Position numbers and translations under genes: made by a program
In this document: positions 26,398 through 39,436 of the stretch, one piece after another
Layout: each line of letters starts with the position of its first letter
Numbering within the stretch: the first letter of the stretch is position 1
Source of the DNA: Ranitomeya imitator
Lineage: Eukaryota
Length of the DNA: 64,000 nt
Assembly (NCBI RefSeq): GCF_032444005.1
Contig: NC_091288.1
Span: forward strand, 203,794,001-203,858,000
Direction: 5' to 3'
The notes under the pieces: generated by a model
What the model was told of the DNA's origin: nothing
The model's database searches: none
The model's input: only the letters and a program-made list of their open reading frames with translations

Positions 26398-27749
26398 GTA
26401 TCTACATGCCCAAACACTAAATGAAGCAGTAGTGCCTGTCTCTTTCAGAGCGGGAAATCCCAGCACAATCTGATGAGTAGTAGTAGTCGATTAGATACTT
26501 CTAAACAAGGTAACTCACTTAGAACATATTAACACAGAAAGGCCGTTTTCACATGTCCGATATTCACAGTCCGTGTTCGGACCACAAAGTGTGGAGTGGA
26601 CGCAGGACTTCTCTTCTGACTTGAACTCAACAGCCTCATGTTTTGAGTGCAGGTTTGGAGACCAGTGGCTGGCCCGGACATCTCCGTCCCTACTATGTCT
26701 GTGAATGTGGGATGAGTAAAACTAGCATTAGATGTAAGAAGTGCCAAAATTATTGAGCTGTGCACATCTCAAGTTTTGAGCACCTTTGGCTGTTCGTGCT
26801 CAAAAGATGTGTTCTCAAATTCTCTGGCTAGCTCAATATTAAGACAGGCATAGAAATCAATAATTTAAATAAATTCCCTCAAAAGCATTTGTGTATGTTG
26901 TAAAAACATTGAAAAGATAATTTGCATGACGGAGATATCGGAAGGTTCCTAGAAGTGGAGCGCACTGGTGCATGAACCAAATTAAATTTTTGGGTATGTG
27001 GCACAATGTTTTCTGTGGAGTTTTTAGGACTGTGTCCTCTCAAAAAACATCTGAAAAATTGCTTAATAAACACTTCAAAGGCTCTTCCCATTAATTTATA
27101 TGGAAAAAATACTTTGCAGTTCATATGTTCAGTGTTTTGAGTGTATTTTAAACTTTTAAAAAAGTTTTGGAAACTGCCTGATAGGCAAAAAGAAAGTGCA
27201 TGTAACTTCTGTGAACCAGCTGGAAACTACTCCAAACTTAGAACTGTCCTTTAAAAAAACCACCAAAAAAAACAAACTCTTCCAAAATACTTCAAAACTG
27301 CTTAAAAAAGGGGCATTTACTGAATGTTTCCATTATAAAAGCTGTCATTTTTGACAACTTTAAAAAGAATAATTGTGTGCACATAGCCTTAAATTGTGTA
27401 AACTAGGCCTTCTGGGGCAAGCTGGACACTAGGTAGGATAAAGGATGTTTTGGGCAATAAATACGAAACCCATGCTAAAACGATGGGACGTATTTACGGA
27501 TATCGGCATACGGACACCAATGTGGATTTTCACTTATTCCTTAATACCAGCTACATCAGGCATGGCTCACCGTCAGCTTTCTGCGCTAAAACCTCACAAT
27601 TCTTGGAGATGGAAGAATTCAAAAATCTCGATAATTATAGCCAGTACAAGGCTAGATAATTTCTTTTTAGGAATGATCCTATTAATTTTTATGCATTACT
27701 TTTTTTTAGTGCCTGATAGAGGGACTAAAAAAAAGCAACCCCTGCTTTT

Positions 27750-29110
27750 TCATCAGTGTAGATCAGCTGTAGGGCAGCAGACCCCACCATCCATAAGTGT
27801 GAATGCTTTCCCCATGCATGCAGGTTACAATGTGCTCTGCAGCAGGCCTCCCTGGCAGTGCAGGGGTTAGAGGATGATGCAGGCACAGACCATGTGCTCA
27901 GGTCTTTTCTCCTTTTCTTCTCCTTCCTTCCCCTGCTCTCCTCTCTGCCAAGCTGTCAGCTGATGGGACTGATCACCCAAGCGTGGCGCATGCAGCCAGA
28001 TCAGCTCTCATCCTCCCCATTCAAGCTTCTGTTACCCCACCCCTTGTCCTAGGACCCCTCTTTGCACCCTAAATCCAAGCCTAATTTATCCCTGCCACCC
28101 CTGCAGCGCAATGCATGTGCAAGATCTGCAGAAGCCTGCCCTTTTCTCACTGCAGCAGGTCATGCAATGCTTTGCAAATAGTCCTTTGTTTACATGCAAT
28201 GCCTTACTCTGCGGAAGAAGGGCTGGGATTTGGCTCTGGGTAGAAGGAGGGGGCAGGCTGGAGGGAGGGGGAGGGGTGCTGTTTCTGATCTCTCACCAGC
28301 TGTTTCCCGCCTTGAAACAGACATCAGCTGCAAACACACACTCACATTGAGAGGCAGAACACAAGGAGAGAGACAGACACCTCCCCCTGATCATCTGGGA
28401 CATCCTACACACTACACCATTGATCCCCTGCATGCACCATCACCTAATCAATAAGGCTGATCGGGGAGCCCACAAAGCAGAAGCAATAGGGGGGAAGCTG
28501 CTGCAGCTGCAACTAAAGGGGGGGTGGTGGGAGGGAGACACGTTTTTCTTTGGGGGGGCTGGAGGTTGGTCCTCCTGCTGATTGCTATGGAGTATTTCAT
28601 GATGCCCGCGCAGAAAGTACCCTCCCTGCAACACTTCAGGAAGACGGAAAAAGAAGTCATTGGTGGTCTGTGCAGGTAGGTACCCATGCCCCCCGATGCT
28701 TGCTGGCAGTGCACATGCTGCAGATCACCTTGCAGGAAAGGAGAAGGTAGGAGGGGGTCAGTTGTGTTTAGAAGGGGGGGTGGATTATAAGGGGGTCCCC
28801 CCTACTGCACCCTAAATCCAGCCTGGTTGTATAGGAGGGGAGTCGATGCACCCATGGAAGTGGGGAGAAGGGGTTTTTTAAAGGGCGCAGGGGAAGGTTT
28901 GTCACTTGCAAACAGACCCACGTGGTGCCTCGGCCATGCTGCAGAGCTGTAATCAGGGAGCATGCAAACACTGCCAAGGAAACCTGCTGCCTCTACCCGG
29001 CCCCCTAACTGCACCCTTTCAGTGCATATGGGGGGTATTTAGCTCAAATCTGAGCCCCTGTGGAGCCACACAACACACACACCCCTCCTTGGGCAATCAG
29101 CTGATTTCCC
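27750..29110 (+). promoter_or_regulatory. tfap4 promoter / 5'UTR / proximal intron 1
   Basis: Repeat-free, GC-richer region around exon 1; six CAGCTG, TTTCCCGC (E2F-type) 28303-28310, CCACGTGG 28918-28925. TSS not determinable. Confidence 0.6.
28587..28675 (+). CDS. tfap4: Transcription factor AP-4, coding exon 1 (MEYFMMPAQKVPSLQHFRKTEKEVIGGLC-S)
   Basis: ATG at 28587; peptide matches the vertebrate TFAP4 N-terminus as recalled (MEYFMVPTQKVPSLQHFRKTEKEVIGGLCS); donor AG|gtagg, phase 2; 89 nt. Confidence 0.96.
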
Positions 29111-29879
29111 AGCAATGGGGATCCAGGCAGACAAGTAACACCTGATGTGTAGTAGTGCTAGTCTGCAGCACTGTGGAGTGCAGGTGTCTGCATCCAGGAC
29201 ACCACAAGTGCCAGCATGCCACCCTCCACCTGTGCCCCATGGCATTCCCTAGTTACAGGATGCCGCCTGTAATGCCATGCCGTCTGCACAAGGTCACAGT
29301 CAGAAGGAAGTAGACTGGCTCACTGAGAAGGGACATTTTTTTTTTTTTTAAGGTCAAGATTGGCACATGATCGTTGCCACAAGCGATGACGGATTTGGCG
29401 GTTTTACGCCCCCGGTTGGCATCGTTCGACGAATTATTTAGGAATTCGACGGGAATGAAACGCGTCCGATCATACGAATCCATTCCATAGGATTCGAGAT
29501 GAGGATTTCGATTCGCGTCGCCCCGATTCGATGTTTGGATTCTCCTTGGCAATCGGATTGGGGGTTGCAAAATTCTCATTTCGATTTAGGACTCCCCCCA
29601 AAAAGAAGAAAATAATAATTGACATTTTCTCTGCCGCTTGGCTCCACGGTCTGTCGTCTTTGGCCAAAATTGGCAACGACAGACCCTTGTTGGGCTATTG
29701 TTGGGTGCGAAGTTCACCAATGTTTCATGTGGCGACTTCCTGGCAGATACAATGTCGTTACTTAATTTCGACGACGAATTTCACCATTATTTGTGGCGCA
29801 GACCCAGTGAAGGGGCAAAAGAATGTTTAGTTTTGGTCTGAGGCCAATTTCCAGTGACTTAATGCATGAGGAGCTCAGT

Positions 29880-30320
29880 CGTGTCACACGCCCCCTCCAT
29901 GTTGCTTCACCACTCGTGGTGGTGTTTTTGTCACTATGGCTGAGGTGAAAAGGGCAGCACTGGCTATTGCCATGCCTTCCCAGGGCCAGCTAGGATTATG
30001 GAAGCCGTTTTGATTCCTATTCGTGACCTTGCCGCCGGTTTCCACGCTGAGGGGGGAGTGGGACATGTTATAGCGCAGACAGGCCTGGCCGTGACTCTGC
30101 AGCCCGCCTGGAGTAGGAGTGTCGGAGCGCACCTCTTGTCGGGAAACGTAGTGCGGCGGCGCGGGGAATGCCGGGAGATGTAGTCCGTGGCTGACCATGC
30201 TTTCTCCTAAGCACAAAGCATGGCACAGAGGCAGGTCATGTGACCGGTGTGTGCGGCGCCGTGCGTGCGGCAGTGCAGCTCTGCCCGTGTGTGCTGCAGT
30301 CACATGATGTCATCCGCAGG
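29880..30320. promoter_or_regulatory. CpG-rich intron 1 element
   Basis: Two ACTACnnnTCCC-type motifs on minus (30141-30152, 30173-30184); CATGTG E-boxes at 30235-30244 and 30299-30308. Confidence 0.4.
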
Positions 30321-30583
30321 CTCACGGCTTAAATAAAAAAAAAAAAAAAAAACTGGATATTAATTAGATGAGAAATGAAATCAGCACCAGGATGACCCCA
30401 CAAGTTCCCCCGGAGCAGATTCTGCTATAAACCCACCCAAAATTGCTGCAAATACTCTTAAGTTTTCTGATGGCAGCAATGGGGTAAACATCACTAGTGC
30501 ACTTGGTGGGGTGAGAAGAGGGTTCACCCCAATAAATTGGAAGCGTTAAATAAGAAAAATGCAATATATGCCCTGACTTATTG

Positions 30584-30587
<4 letters not shown>

Positions 30588-30634
<47 letters not shown>
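30588..30634. repeat. (TA)n microsatellite
   Basis: Direct reading. Confidence 0.95.
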
Positions 30635-30637
<3 letters not shown>

Positions 30638-30699
30638 CCTGAATTATTGCAAGTTTTTTTTTTTCCATGAGATTTCTATATAAAATAAATATATATATA

Positions 30700-33175
30700 T
30701 CTCTCTACTATATAATTGTCTAAGGGTCACTTCCGTCTTTCTGTCTGTCACAGATATTCATTGGTCGCGGCTTCTGTCTGTCATGGAATCCTAGTCGCTG
30801 ATTGGTCGCGGCAAAACAGCTACGACCAATCAGCAACGGGCACAGTCCGGAAGAAAATGGCCGCTCTTTACTCCCTGCAGTCAGTGACCGGCGCACGCAT
30901 ACTCCCCTTCCGTCACCGCTCACATAGGGTTAATGCCGGCGGTAACGGGCTGCGGGTAACGCACTCCGTTACCGCTGCTATTAACCCCGTGTGTCCCTAA
31001 CTTTTTACTATTGATGCTGCCTATGCGGCATCAATGGTAAAAAAATGTAATGTTAAAAATAATTTAAAAAAACACAAAAAACCTGCTATACTCACCCTCC
31101 GTAGTCTGCCGAGCCGCTTGCGCCTGCCGCCAGCTTCCGTTCCCAGCGATGCATTGCGAAATTACCCAGAAGACTTAGCGGTCTCGCGAGACCGCTAAGT
31201 CTTCTAGGTAATTTCGCAATGCATCCTGGGAACGGAAGATGCGGCAGCCGCGCGCCCATCGCCACAGCGCCGTTGGATCCCAGGGGTGAGTATGTAACTA
31301 TTTTTTATTTTAATTATTTATTTTATTTTTTTAAAAGGGATATGTGCCCACACCTCTAAATACTGTGTGGGCTACATGGCTGCTATATACTACGTGGACA
31401 GTACTATATACTACATGGCTGCTATATACTACGTGGACAGTACTATATACTACATGGCTGCTATATATTACGTGGCTGCTATATATTACGTGGACAGTAC
31501 TATATACTACATGGCTGCTATATACTACGTGGACAGTACTATATACTACATGGCTGCTATATACTACGTGGACAGTACTATATACTACATGGCTGCTATA
31601 TACTACGTGGACAGTACTATATACTACATGGCTGCTATATACTACGTGGACAGTACTATATACTACATGGCTGCTATATACTACGTGGACAGTACTATAT
31701 ACTACATGGCTGCTATATATTACGTGGGCAGTACTATATACTACATGGCTGCTATATACTACGTGGACAGTACTATATACTACATGGCTGATATATACTA
31801 CGTGGACAGTACTATATACTACATGGCTGATATATACTACGTGGACAGTACTATATACTACATGGCTGCTATATATTACGTGGGCAGTACTATATACTAC
31901 ATGGCTGCTATATACTACGTGGCTGCTATCTATTACGTGGACAGTACTATATACTACATGGCTGCTATATATTACGTGGCTGCTATATATTACGTGGACA
32001 GTACTATATACTACATGGCTGCTATATACTACGTGGACAGTACTATATACTACATGACTGCTATATACTACGTGGACAGTACTATATACTACATGGCTGC
32101 TATATACTACGTGGACAGTACTATATACTACATGGCTGCTATATATTACGTGGGCAGTACTATATACTACATGGCTGCTATATACTACGTGGCTGCTATC
32201 TATTACGTGGACAGTACTATATACTACATGGCTGCTATATATTACGTGGCTGCTATATATTACGTGGACAGTACTATATACTACATGGCTGCTATATACT
32301 ACGTGGACAGTACTATATACTACATGGCTGCTATATACTACGTGGACAGTACTATATACTACATGGCTGCTATATACTACGTGGACAGTACTATATACTA
32401 CATGGCTGCTATATACTACGTGGACAGTACTATATACTACATGGCTGCTATATATTACGTGGGCAGTACTATATACTACATGGCTGCTATATACTACGTG
32501 GACAGTACTATATACTACATGGCTGATATATACTACGTGGACAGTACTATATACTACATGGCTGCTATATATTACGTGGGCAGTACTATATACTACATGG
32601 CTGCTATATACTACGTGGCTGCTATCTATTACGTGGACAGTACTATATACTACATGGCTGCTATATATTACGTGGCTGCTATATATTACGTGGACAGTAC
32701 TATATACTACATGGCTGCTATATACTACGTGGACAGTACTATATACTACATGACTGCTATATACTACGTGGACAGTACTATATACTACATGGCTGCTATA
32801 TACTACGTGGACAGTACTATATACTACATGGCTGCTATATATTACGTGGGCAGTACTATATACTACATGGCTGCTATATACTACGTGGCTGCTATCTATT
32901 ACGTGGACAGTACTATATACTACATGGCTGCTATATATTACGTGGCTGCTATATATTACGTGGACAGTACTATATATACTACATGGCTGCTATATACTAC
33001 GTGGACAGTACTATATACTACATGACTGCTATATACTACGTGGACAGTACTATATACTACATGGCTGCTATATACTACGTGGACAGTACTATATACTACA
33101 TGGCTGCTGTATACTACGTGGCCTGTGCTAGATACTGCATAGGCTGCGTTATATACAACGCATTGGGTATTCTAC
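30700..33175 (+). mobile_element. Probable non-autonomous Helitron-like element hosting a hairpin and a minisatellite
   Basis: 5' TC..tactatataattgtc start; 3' short hairpin gcgtt..aacgc followed by ggtattCTAC (CTAG expected); boundaries uncertain. Confidence 0.45.
31367..33121. repeat. 39-bp minisatellite built from 18- and 21-bp subunits
   Basis: Unit tatatactacatggctgc+tatatactacgtggacagtac; period measured at 31501/31540. Confidence 0.97.
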
Positions 33176-33489
33176 AATATGTATGTATATAGCAGCCACA
33201 TAGTATATAGCACAGGCCACATACTATTTGAAATGTGTATGCATAACAATATTGAAAATCCAGTTTATTGAAGTCCATTAAAAGAAGAGGGGCTGACATC
33301 TTACGCATTTTGAACACGCATCTCCCATGAATAAGGGCGTGTCTGTGCAAAACGCGTTAGTTAAGGTTATATTTTCGGGGCTGTGCATCCTTATACATAT
33401 ACTTGAGAAACTTGTCCCCACTGCCAATGGCATCCCCTCTTTTCTCTTTTAATGCACTAATCTGATTTTTAAACACATTTGTGTTTGAT

Positions 33490-33770
33490 AAATCCGCCGT
33501 GTGAAACCGCTGCAGATTTATCGCGGTTTCTATTGCGGATTCCGCTGCGGTTTTACATCTGCAGTTTTCTATTGGAGCAGGTGTAAAAACGCTGCGGATT
33601 CCGCACAAAGAATTGACATGCTGCGGAAAATAAAATGCTGCGTTTCCGCGCGTTTTTTTTCCGCAGCATGTGCACTGCGGATTTCGTTTCCCATAGGCTT
33701 ACATTGTACTGTAAACTCATGGGAAACTGCTGCGGATCCGCAGCAAAATCCGCAACGTGTGCACATACCC
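33490..33770. mobile_element. Truncated Harbinger-like MITE (GCGGA-rich)
   Basis: Right end gtgtgcacataccc; reverse complement of the start of 34801-35086. Confidence 0.65.
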
Positions 33771-33777
33771 TAAACTA

Positions 33778-34299
33778 AGGCCCCCGATGTCACCTGAAAG
33801 ATGAGAAGAAGAGGTCAGATTATACTCACCCAGGGGCGGTCCCTGTACAATGGGTGCCGCGATCCGGGTTCGGCGCCTCCTATCTTCATCAGATGACGTC
33901 CTCTTCTTCCTGCCGCGGCTCTGGCGCAGGTATAGTTTGTCTGTCCTGTTGAGGGCAGAGCAAAGTACTACAGTGCGCAGGATTTGGGCCTCTGACCTTT
34001 CCCTGCGCACTGCAGTACTTCCATCTGACCTCCACAGGACAGACATAGTACGCCTCCCCGGAGCCGCAGCATGAATACAAGAAGAGGACGTCATCATATG
34101 AAGATGGGAGGTGCCGGACCCGGATCGCGACACCCATCGGACCGGGCTGGACTGTACAGGGACCGCCCCTGGGTGAGTATAATCTAACCTCTTTTTTTTT
34201 TTTTTATCTTTCAGGAAACATCCAGAATGCTGTAGATAAGCCCCTGATGCCGGTGGCCTTAGTTTATAAGCCAATTTTGGGGGGACAGATTCCCTTTAA
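33778..34299. mobile_element. T2/Kolobok-like foldback MITE (left end truncated), tfap4 intron 1
   Basis: Internal inverted repeats tatactcacccaggggcgg / ccgcccctgggtgagtata; right end gacagattccctTTAA. Confidence 0.75.
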
Positions 34300-34800
34300 A
34301 GCACCATACACGACATGCACAATTCTTCAGCTTCTCGAAACGTACAGGGAACATGGTTTTTAATGAAATTACGTCCACTTCTCTTCAGCTGTTACACGCA
34401 GAAGAATTTCCACAGGAAAAACACAGCTTTTCAGTTACATAGAAGCATAGCCTGACAATGTCAAAATCCTCAGCTAACTATATGTATTTTTTATTTTTTT
34501 TTCACATTTATCTTATTTATTTCTTTAAGAGGAGCCGGCCTGAAATAAAATCACCCCATCAGCAAAAAACAAAACCTACTGTTGACTTACAGCCACCAAC
34601 TGTCCACAATATTTTTTATTTGTGTTTCTCACAAAAAAGCTTTTTTTTCTTTTTTTTTTATACATAACGTAAAGGCTATGCAAAAAAGTGTCCACTTTCT
34701 GAATAATAGCCGCTGTTTTCAGTTTTGTAGCAGCTTTATAGCGTCCTGGTCATGAGCCATGGTCCATAGTGAAAAGCTCGTCTTGTATATCACTTACTAA

Positions 34801-35086
34801 GGCTATGTGCACACGTTGCGGATTTTGCTGCGGATCCGCTGTGGATTCGGAGCAGTTTTCTATACGTTGTACAGTACGATGTAAACCTATGGAAAACCAA
34901 ATCTGCTGTGCACAGGCTGCGGAAAATACCGCGCGGAAACGTTGCGGTTTATTTTGCGCAGCATGCCAATTCTTTGTGCGGATTCCGCAGCGGTTTCCAC
35001 CTGTTCCATAATTGGAATCCGCAGGCGTCTTACCTGCAGATTTTGCAGAATCCGTGCAGAAAAATCCGCAATGTGTGCACATACCC
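34801..35086. mobile_element. Harbinger-like MITE (GCGGA-rich)
   Basis: TIR ggctatgtgcacac / gtgtgcacataccc; TAA and TTA flanks. Confidence 0.75.
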
Positions 35087-36117
35087 TTATTCTTGTTAAT
35101 GGCGCCATCGAATGTGGGCAGCTCCTAAGCAAATTGTGCTGGTCGTATCGTATGCATTTACTTACTCGTGGTTGTCACACATGTAATCCATTATTTTGCA
35201 CTCCCAAAAACATAACTCTACATTTTTGGTTATTTTATTGTTCCCCCCCCCCCCCCCTTTTATGCATTTCATCCACAATAATATTCATTTGGGATGGATG
35301 AAAGGCGATCCAGAAATGTCTGCTTCCCCAAACGCTACTTTATCTGTGGGCTGAAAACCTCCAGAAATGTGACTTCGGAGCGACGGACACGGACTCCCCT
35401 CCTGTAGGCCTCAACTGTGGGTTCATCAGGAATCCTTCAAATCGAGTGACCCATTTACTGAAACTGGCTCTGTTTCCCATAGCAACCAATTTAGGGTTAA
35501 AGGGTCCCCCCACCACCAAAAATAAAAATAAAAATAGCAAGCTATCCTCTGTTCACATGGGATAACTTGATAATCGTTGGGGGGTCTGACTGCTCTAAGC
35601 CCCCCGTGATCCTAGAGAACGGGAGTACAGCTCTCGGCTATTGACCGTGACTGGAGTAGAGGCCTGTACACCTTCGTGGGGGATATGTTTAGGATCAATC
35701 TGGGTCTGAGCAATTAGACCACCAGTAATCTTAAGAATTGTCTGGTTGATAACTTGCACTTTTGGGAAAACCTTAAATCTTGTACTTTGTACTGTATTAA
35801 TGTCATGTACAATATGGCGGCACTATGTCCTACAGAGCGAATGTTGTAAGTCCTTCTTATCAGCTGGTGCCAGGGATAATAATCTGATTTATCCAGTGGT
35901 CCACATGTAGGGAAATGGGATGACAGAAACTTTGGGGGCCGCCATATTGGTTGTTACTAAGCTTTAGCTCTAAATATAATATTTGCCATTTACACTAATG
36001 TCGTAATTTAGTTCTTTCTATGTTCTGTATTCTCAATTGGGGATAATTGTGAATTTGTTGAACCTATTGGGGGCTTGGTGGTAAGTTATTCTGCTCCTTG
36101 ATTTAGGTGTATACGTA

Positions 36118-37740
36118 CAGTGCCTTGTAAAAGTATTCATACCCCGTGAAGTTTTCATATTACACCCATAAACTTACTTGCTATTTTGTGTTGGTATAAT
36201 CACACAAAATACATTTCTAAGAGAAGTGAAAAAGANNNNNNNNNNNNNNNNNNNNNNNNNNNNNNNNNNNNNNNNNNNNNNNNNNNNNNNNNNNNNNNNN
36301 NNNNNNNNNNNNNNNNNNNNNNNNNNNNNNNNNNNNNNNNNNNNNNNNNNNNNNNNNNNNNNNNNNNNNNNNNCCCCCCTGAGTCAATACTTTTGTAGGA
36401 CCGCCTTTTGCTGCAAGTATTTTGGGGTCTGTCTCTATCAACGTTGCACAGCCAGAGGTGACATTTTTGCCCCTTCTTTGAACGCTCGCTCTTTGAGATT
36501 GGATGGAGGTGTCTGAACAGAAATGTTCGTTTTGCCACAGATTCTCACTGGGTTTTAGGTCTGGACTGTGATTGGCCCATTCACCCACATGAATATGTTT
36601 TTGATCTAAACCATCCATTGTACTTCTGTCAGGATGTTGAGGGTCCTTGTCCTCCACGAAGGTGAACCTCCGCCCCAGTCTTGAGCCTTTTGCAGCCTCT
36701 AGCAGGGTTTCCTCCAGGATTGCCCTGTATTTAGCTCTATCCATTTTCCCATCAACTTTGACCAGCTTGCCTTTCCCTCCCGAGGAAAAGCCTCCCCACA
36801 GTATGATGCTGCCACCACCATGTTTGATGGCGGGGATGGCATTTTCAAGGTGATGTGCTGTTAGTTTTCCACCACACATAGCATTTTGCATTTAGCTAAA
36901 AAGTTCTACTTTTGATCTTATCTGACCAGAGCACCTTCTTCCACATGCGAACTGGGTCCCCAACATGACTTCGACCAAGACTTTTCATGGCTTGCTTGAC
37001 AAAAAAAAATAGCTTTCTTCTTGCCACTCTTCCATAAAGACCAGATTTGTGGAGTCTACGACTAACAGTTGCCCTGTGGATATATTCTCCCACCTGAGCT
37101 GTGGATGTCTGCAGCTCCTCCAGTGACCACGTGCCCCTTGCCTGCTTCTCTACTTGGTGCTCTCCATGCTTAAGATTTCAGTTTAGGTGGACGGCCTTGT
37201 CTTGGTAGGTTTCCAGTTGTGCCATACTCCTTCCGTTTTTTTGGATTGAACATGAGAGGTTCAGAGCTTGGGCTATTTATTTATTTTTATTTATAACCTG
37301 ACCCTGCTTTATTTTTCTTCACAACTTTATCCCTGACCTGTCTGGTGTGTTCCTTGGTTTCACATTGCTGTTTGATCCCTAATGTTCTCACACAAACCTG
37401 AAGCCTTCACAGAATGGCTGTAGTTCTACTGAGAGTAAATTAACACACAGGAGGACTCAATTTACTAATTATGTGATTGATGGAGGCGATTGGTCACTCA
37501 GGTTTTTATTTAGGGGTATCAGTCTACAGGGGGCTGAACACAAATGCACAACACAATTTTCAGATTTAGATTATTTTTTGTTTAAATAATTAGAAAACGT
37601 TGTTTAATTTCCTTTTTATACTTCTCGAATATTGGCTAACTTTTCTTGGTAAATCACATAACATCCCAATAAAATACATTTAAGTCTGTGGGTGTGACGT
37701 GGAGAAGTTTACTGGGTATGAATACATTTTCAAGGCATTG
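36118..37740 (-). mobile_element. Tc1 element with decayed transposase, spanning an assembly gap
   Basis: TIRs cagtgccttgtaaaagtattcataccc / gggtatgaatacattttcaaggcattg; TA TSDs; minus ORF KHGGGSIILWG...SPDLKPSENLW. Confidence 0.9.
36236..36373. other. Assembly gap (138 N)
   Basis: N run in the sequence. Confidence 1.
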
Positions 37741-39270
37741 TATCTGAGGAGCCACCTTGCTATTGTTTTCTCTTGAGATGAACATGCAGTTCTTCAATTT
37801 GCTGGTCAGATGACACCATGCAATAAGGAAAACAGGCGTTCACAGGCCAGTAATGAATGTTATCTAAAGTCGGAGAGTCTCTTTAATGTGGGGTTTTATG
37901 GCCTTTGATAAGCCGGTTGTTCAGTTATGTGCACTGTCAACAATGATGTCCTCATTTAGAGAGGGTCGAGGAAATCTGACTTTCATATGTTAAGGTGTGA
38001 ATTGGGCCATAGATATTGGGTCAAATTTTCGGTAATATTTTTTTAATTATTTTTATTTTTTTTTGCCATAGGGTTAGCATGTGGGATGTGCAAAAAAAAA
38101 AAAAAGTCAAATAGTCGACTCATGGATGCATTTTGATCACCAAAGCTCTATACACCTCATAGTGGCCATTCCCTGATACTGCAGCTCAGGTCACGTTCAC
38201 TTCAATAGGAGCTGAACACTTCTACTTTTTTGGCTTCATAAACTGTGCACATCCGGCCACAGCAGGAGCTGAAAACAGCTGATCGTGGGGGTGTCAGGTG
38301 CTGGCTCACCTATGTGATATTGTTGACCTAAGTATTTGACGGCCCCCTTTTACGGTCACAAGCACAGGACCGTATTGTGGCTCCGTGCACCCTCTGAGTG
38401 GTAATATGCCGCCAATAGTAGTCAACTGGACCATGGGGGCTTTGCATGGACTTGGATGTGACTCTGCGATTCTGGCCTTTAAAGGAAGTTTTCCCACAAA
38501 TACGTGCATTTAAATTTAAGAAAAAAATTGTCCCCAATGGTGGACAACTCCCTTTTTTTTTAATGTTGAACAGCTGGTGCCCATAACTTTTGCGTATGGG
38601 AGCTTGTTGGATATCTTCATTGGTTAATGACCACTTATAGTTGTATATAGTCGTGTCGTTACCAGAGGACTTTCTGGATATTGGCCCCCCACCACGGCGC
38701 AGAGCCAATGTTTCTATCCGTGAGGCGCACTGTACCAGATTCGGCTCCTAAAATGGCCGCTTCCACCGCGTTGTTGACGAGGGCGCTGTACAAGTTTTCT
38801 GGATGTTACGGAGGATGTGTTTTCAGTTTTATGGAGTCAGATATTGGATGGGGGGATTTATGGAAAGCATCGCTAACATCCCATTGCTGTGAGGTGTCTT
38901 GCCGCTGCTGCGCTTTGTCCTCCGGTTAATCATGTCCTGTGACTAATCCCTGCTATCGGAGGGGAGAATGGATTTTGGAGGGGGCAGGAAGCTGGAGTTC
39001 CCTCATTCCACCCCCGAGGGGGTCAGCTGCCTTCATTCCCCTTTTGATATTGTCATCTGGAAATTATTACAGAGCCCTCAGGGCAGACAGGAGGGGATGA
39101 AAGGGGGGGTCCTCAGATCCGGCTTCCATCCCTTCCTGCAAGAGGCCACACACGGAGGTGCCTAATAGGTCATAATATGGAGGCCGAATATGATCTACAC
39201 CCTCCTTAACCCCTTGTGAGCTTGAATGTATGCACATGCATCATGAGTTGTTCCTAAATTCTGTTTTCAG

Positions 39271-39436
39271 CCTAGCAAACATCCCCTTGACGCCAGAGAC
39301 GCAACGGGACCAGGAAAGGCGGATACGTCGGGAAATCGCCAATAGCAATGAACGCCGCCGTATGCAGAGCATCAATGCTGGCTTCCAGTCTCTGAAAACT
39401 CTAATCCCTCATACAGATGGGGAGAAGCTAAGCAAG
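39271..39436 (+). CDS. tfap4: TFAP4 exon 2, bHLH basic region and helix 1 (LANIPLTPETQRDQERRIRREIANSNERRRMQSINAGFQSLKTLIPHTDGEKLSK)
   Basis: Acceptor ttttcag|C, donor AAG|gtgcgt; 166 nt completes the phase-2 codon; typical bHLH ERRR motif. Confidence 0.97.

Noticed and set aside
31344-33192. 552-aa YYMAAIYYVDSTI-repeat ORF and its 237-aa alternative frame
   Set aside because: The 39-bp unit is divisible by 3 and stop-free by chance; it lies in tfap4 intron 1 inside a TE.
36217-36891. 224-aa Tc1 transposase ORF as an active transposase
   Set aside because: Partial, frameshifted relative to the N-terminus, degenerate catalytic motifs, and runs into an N gap.
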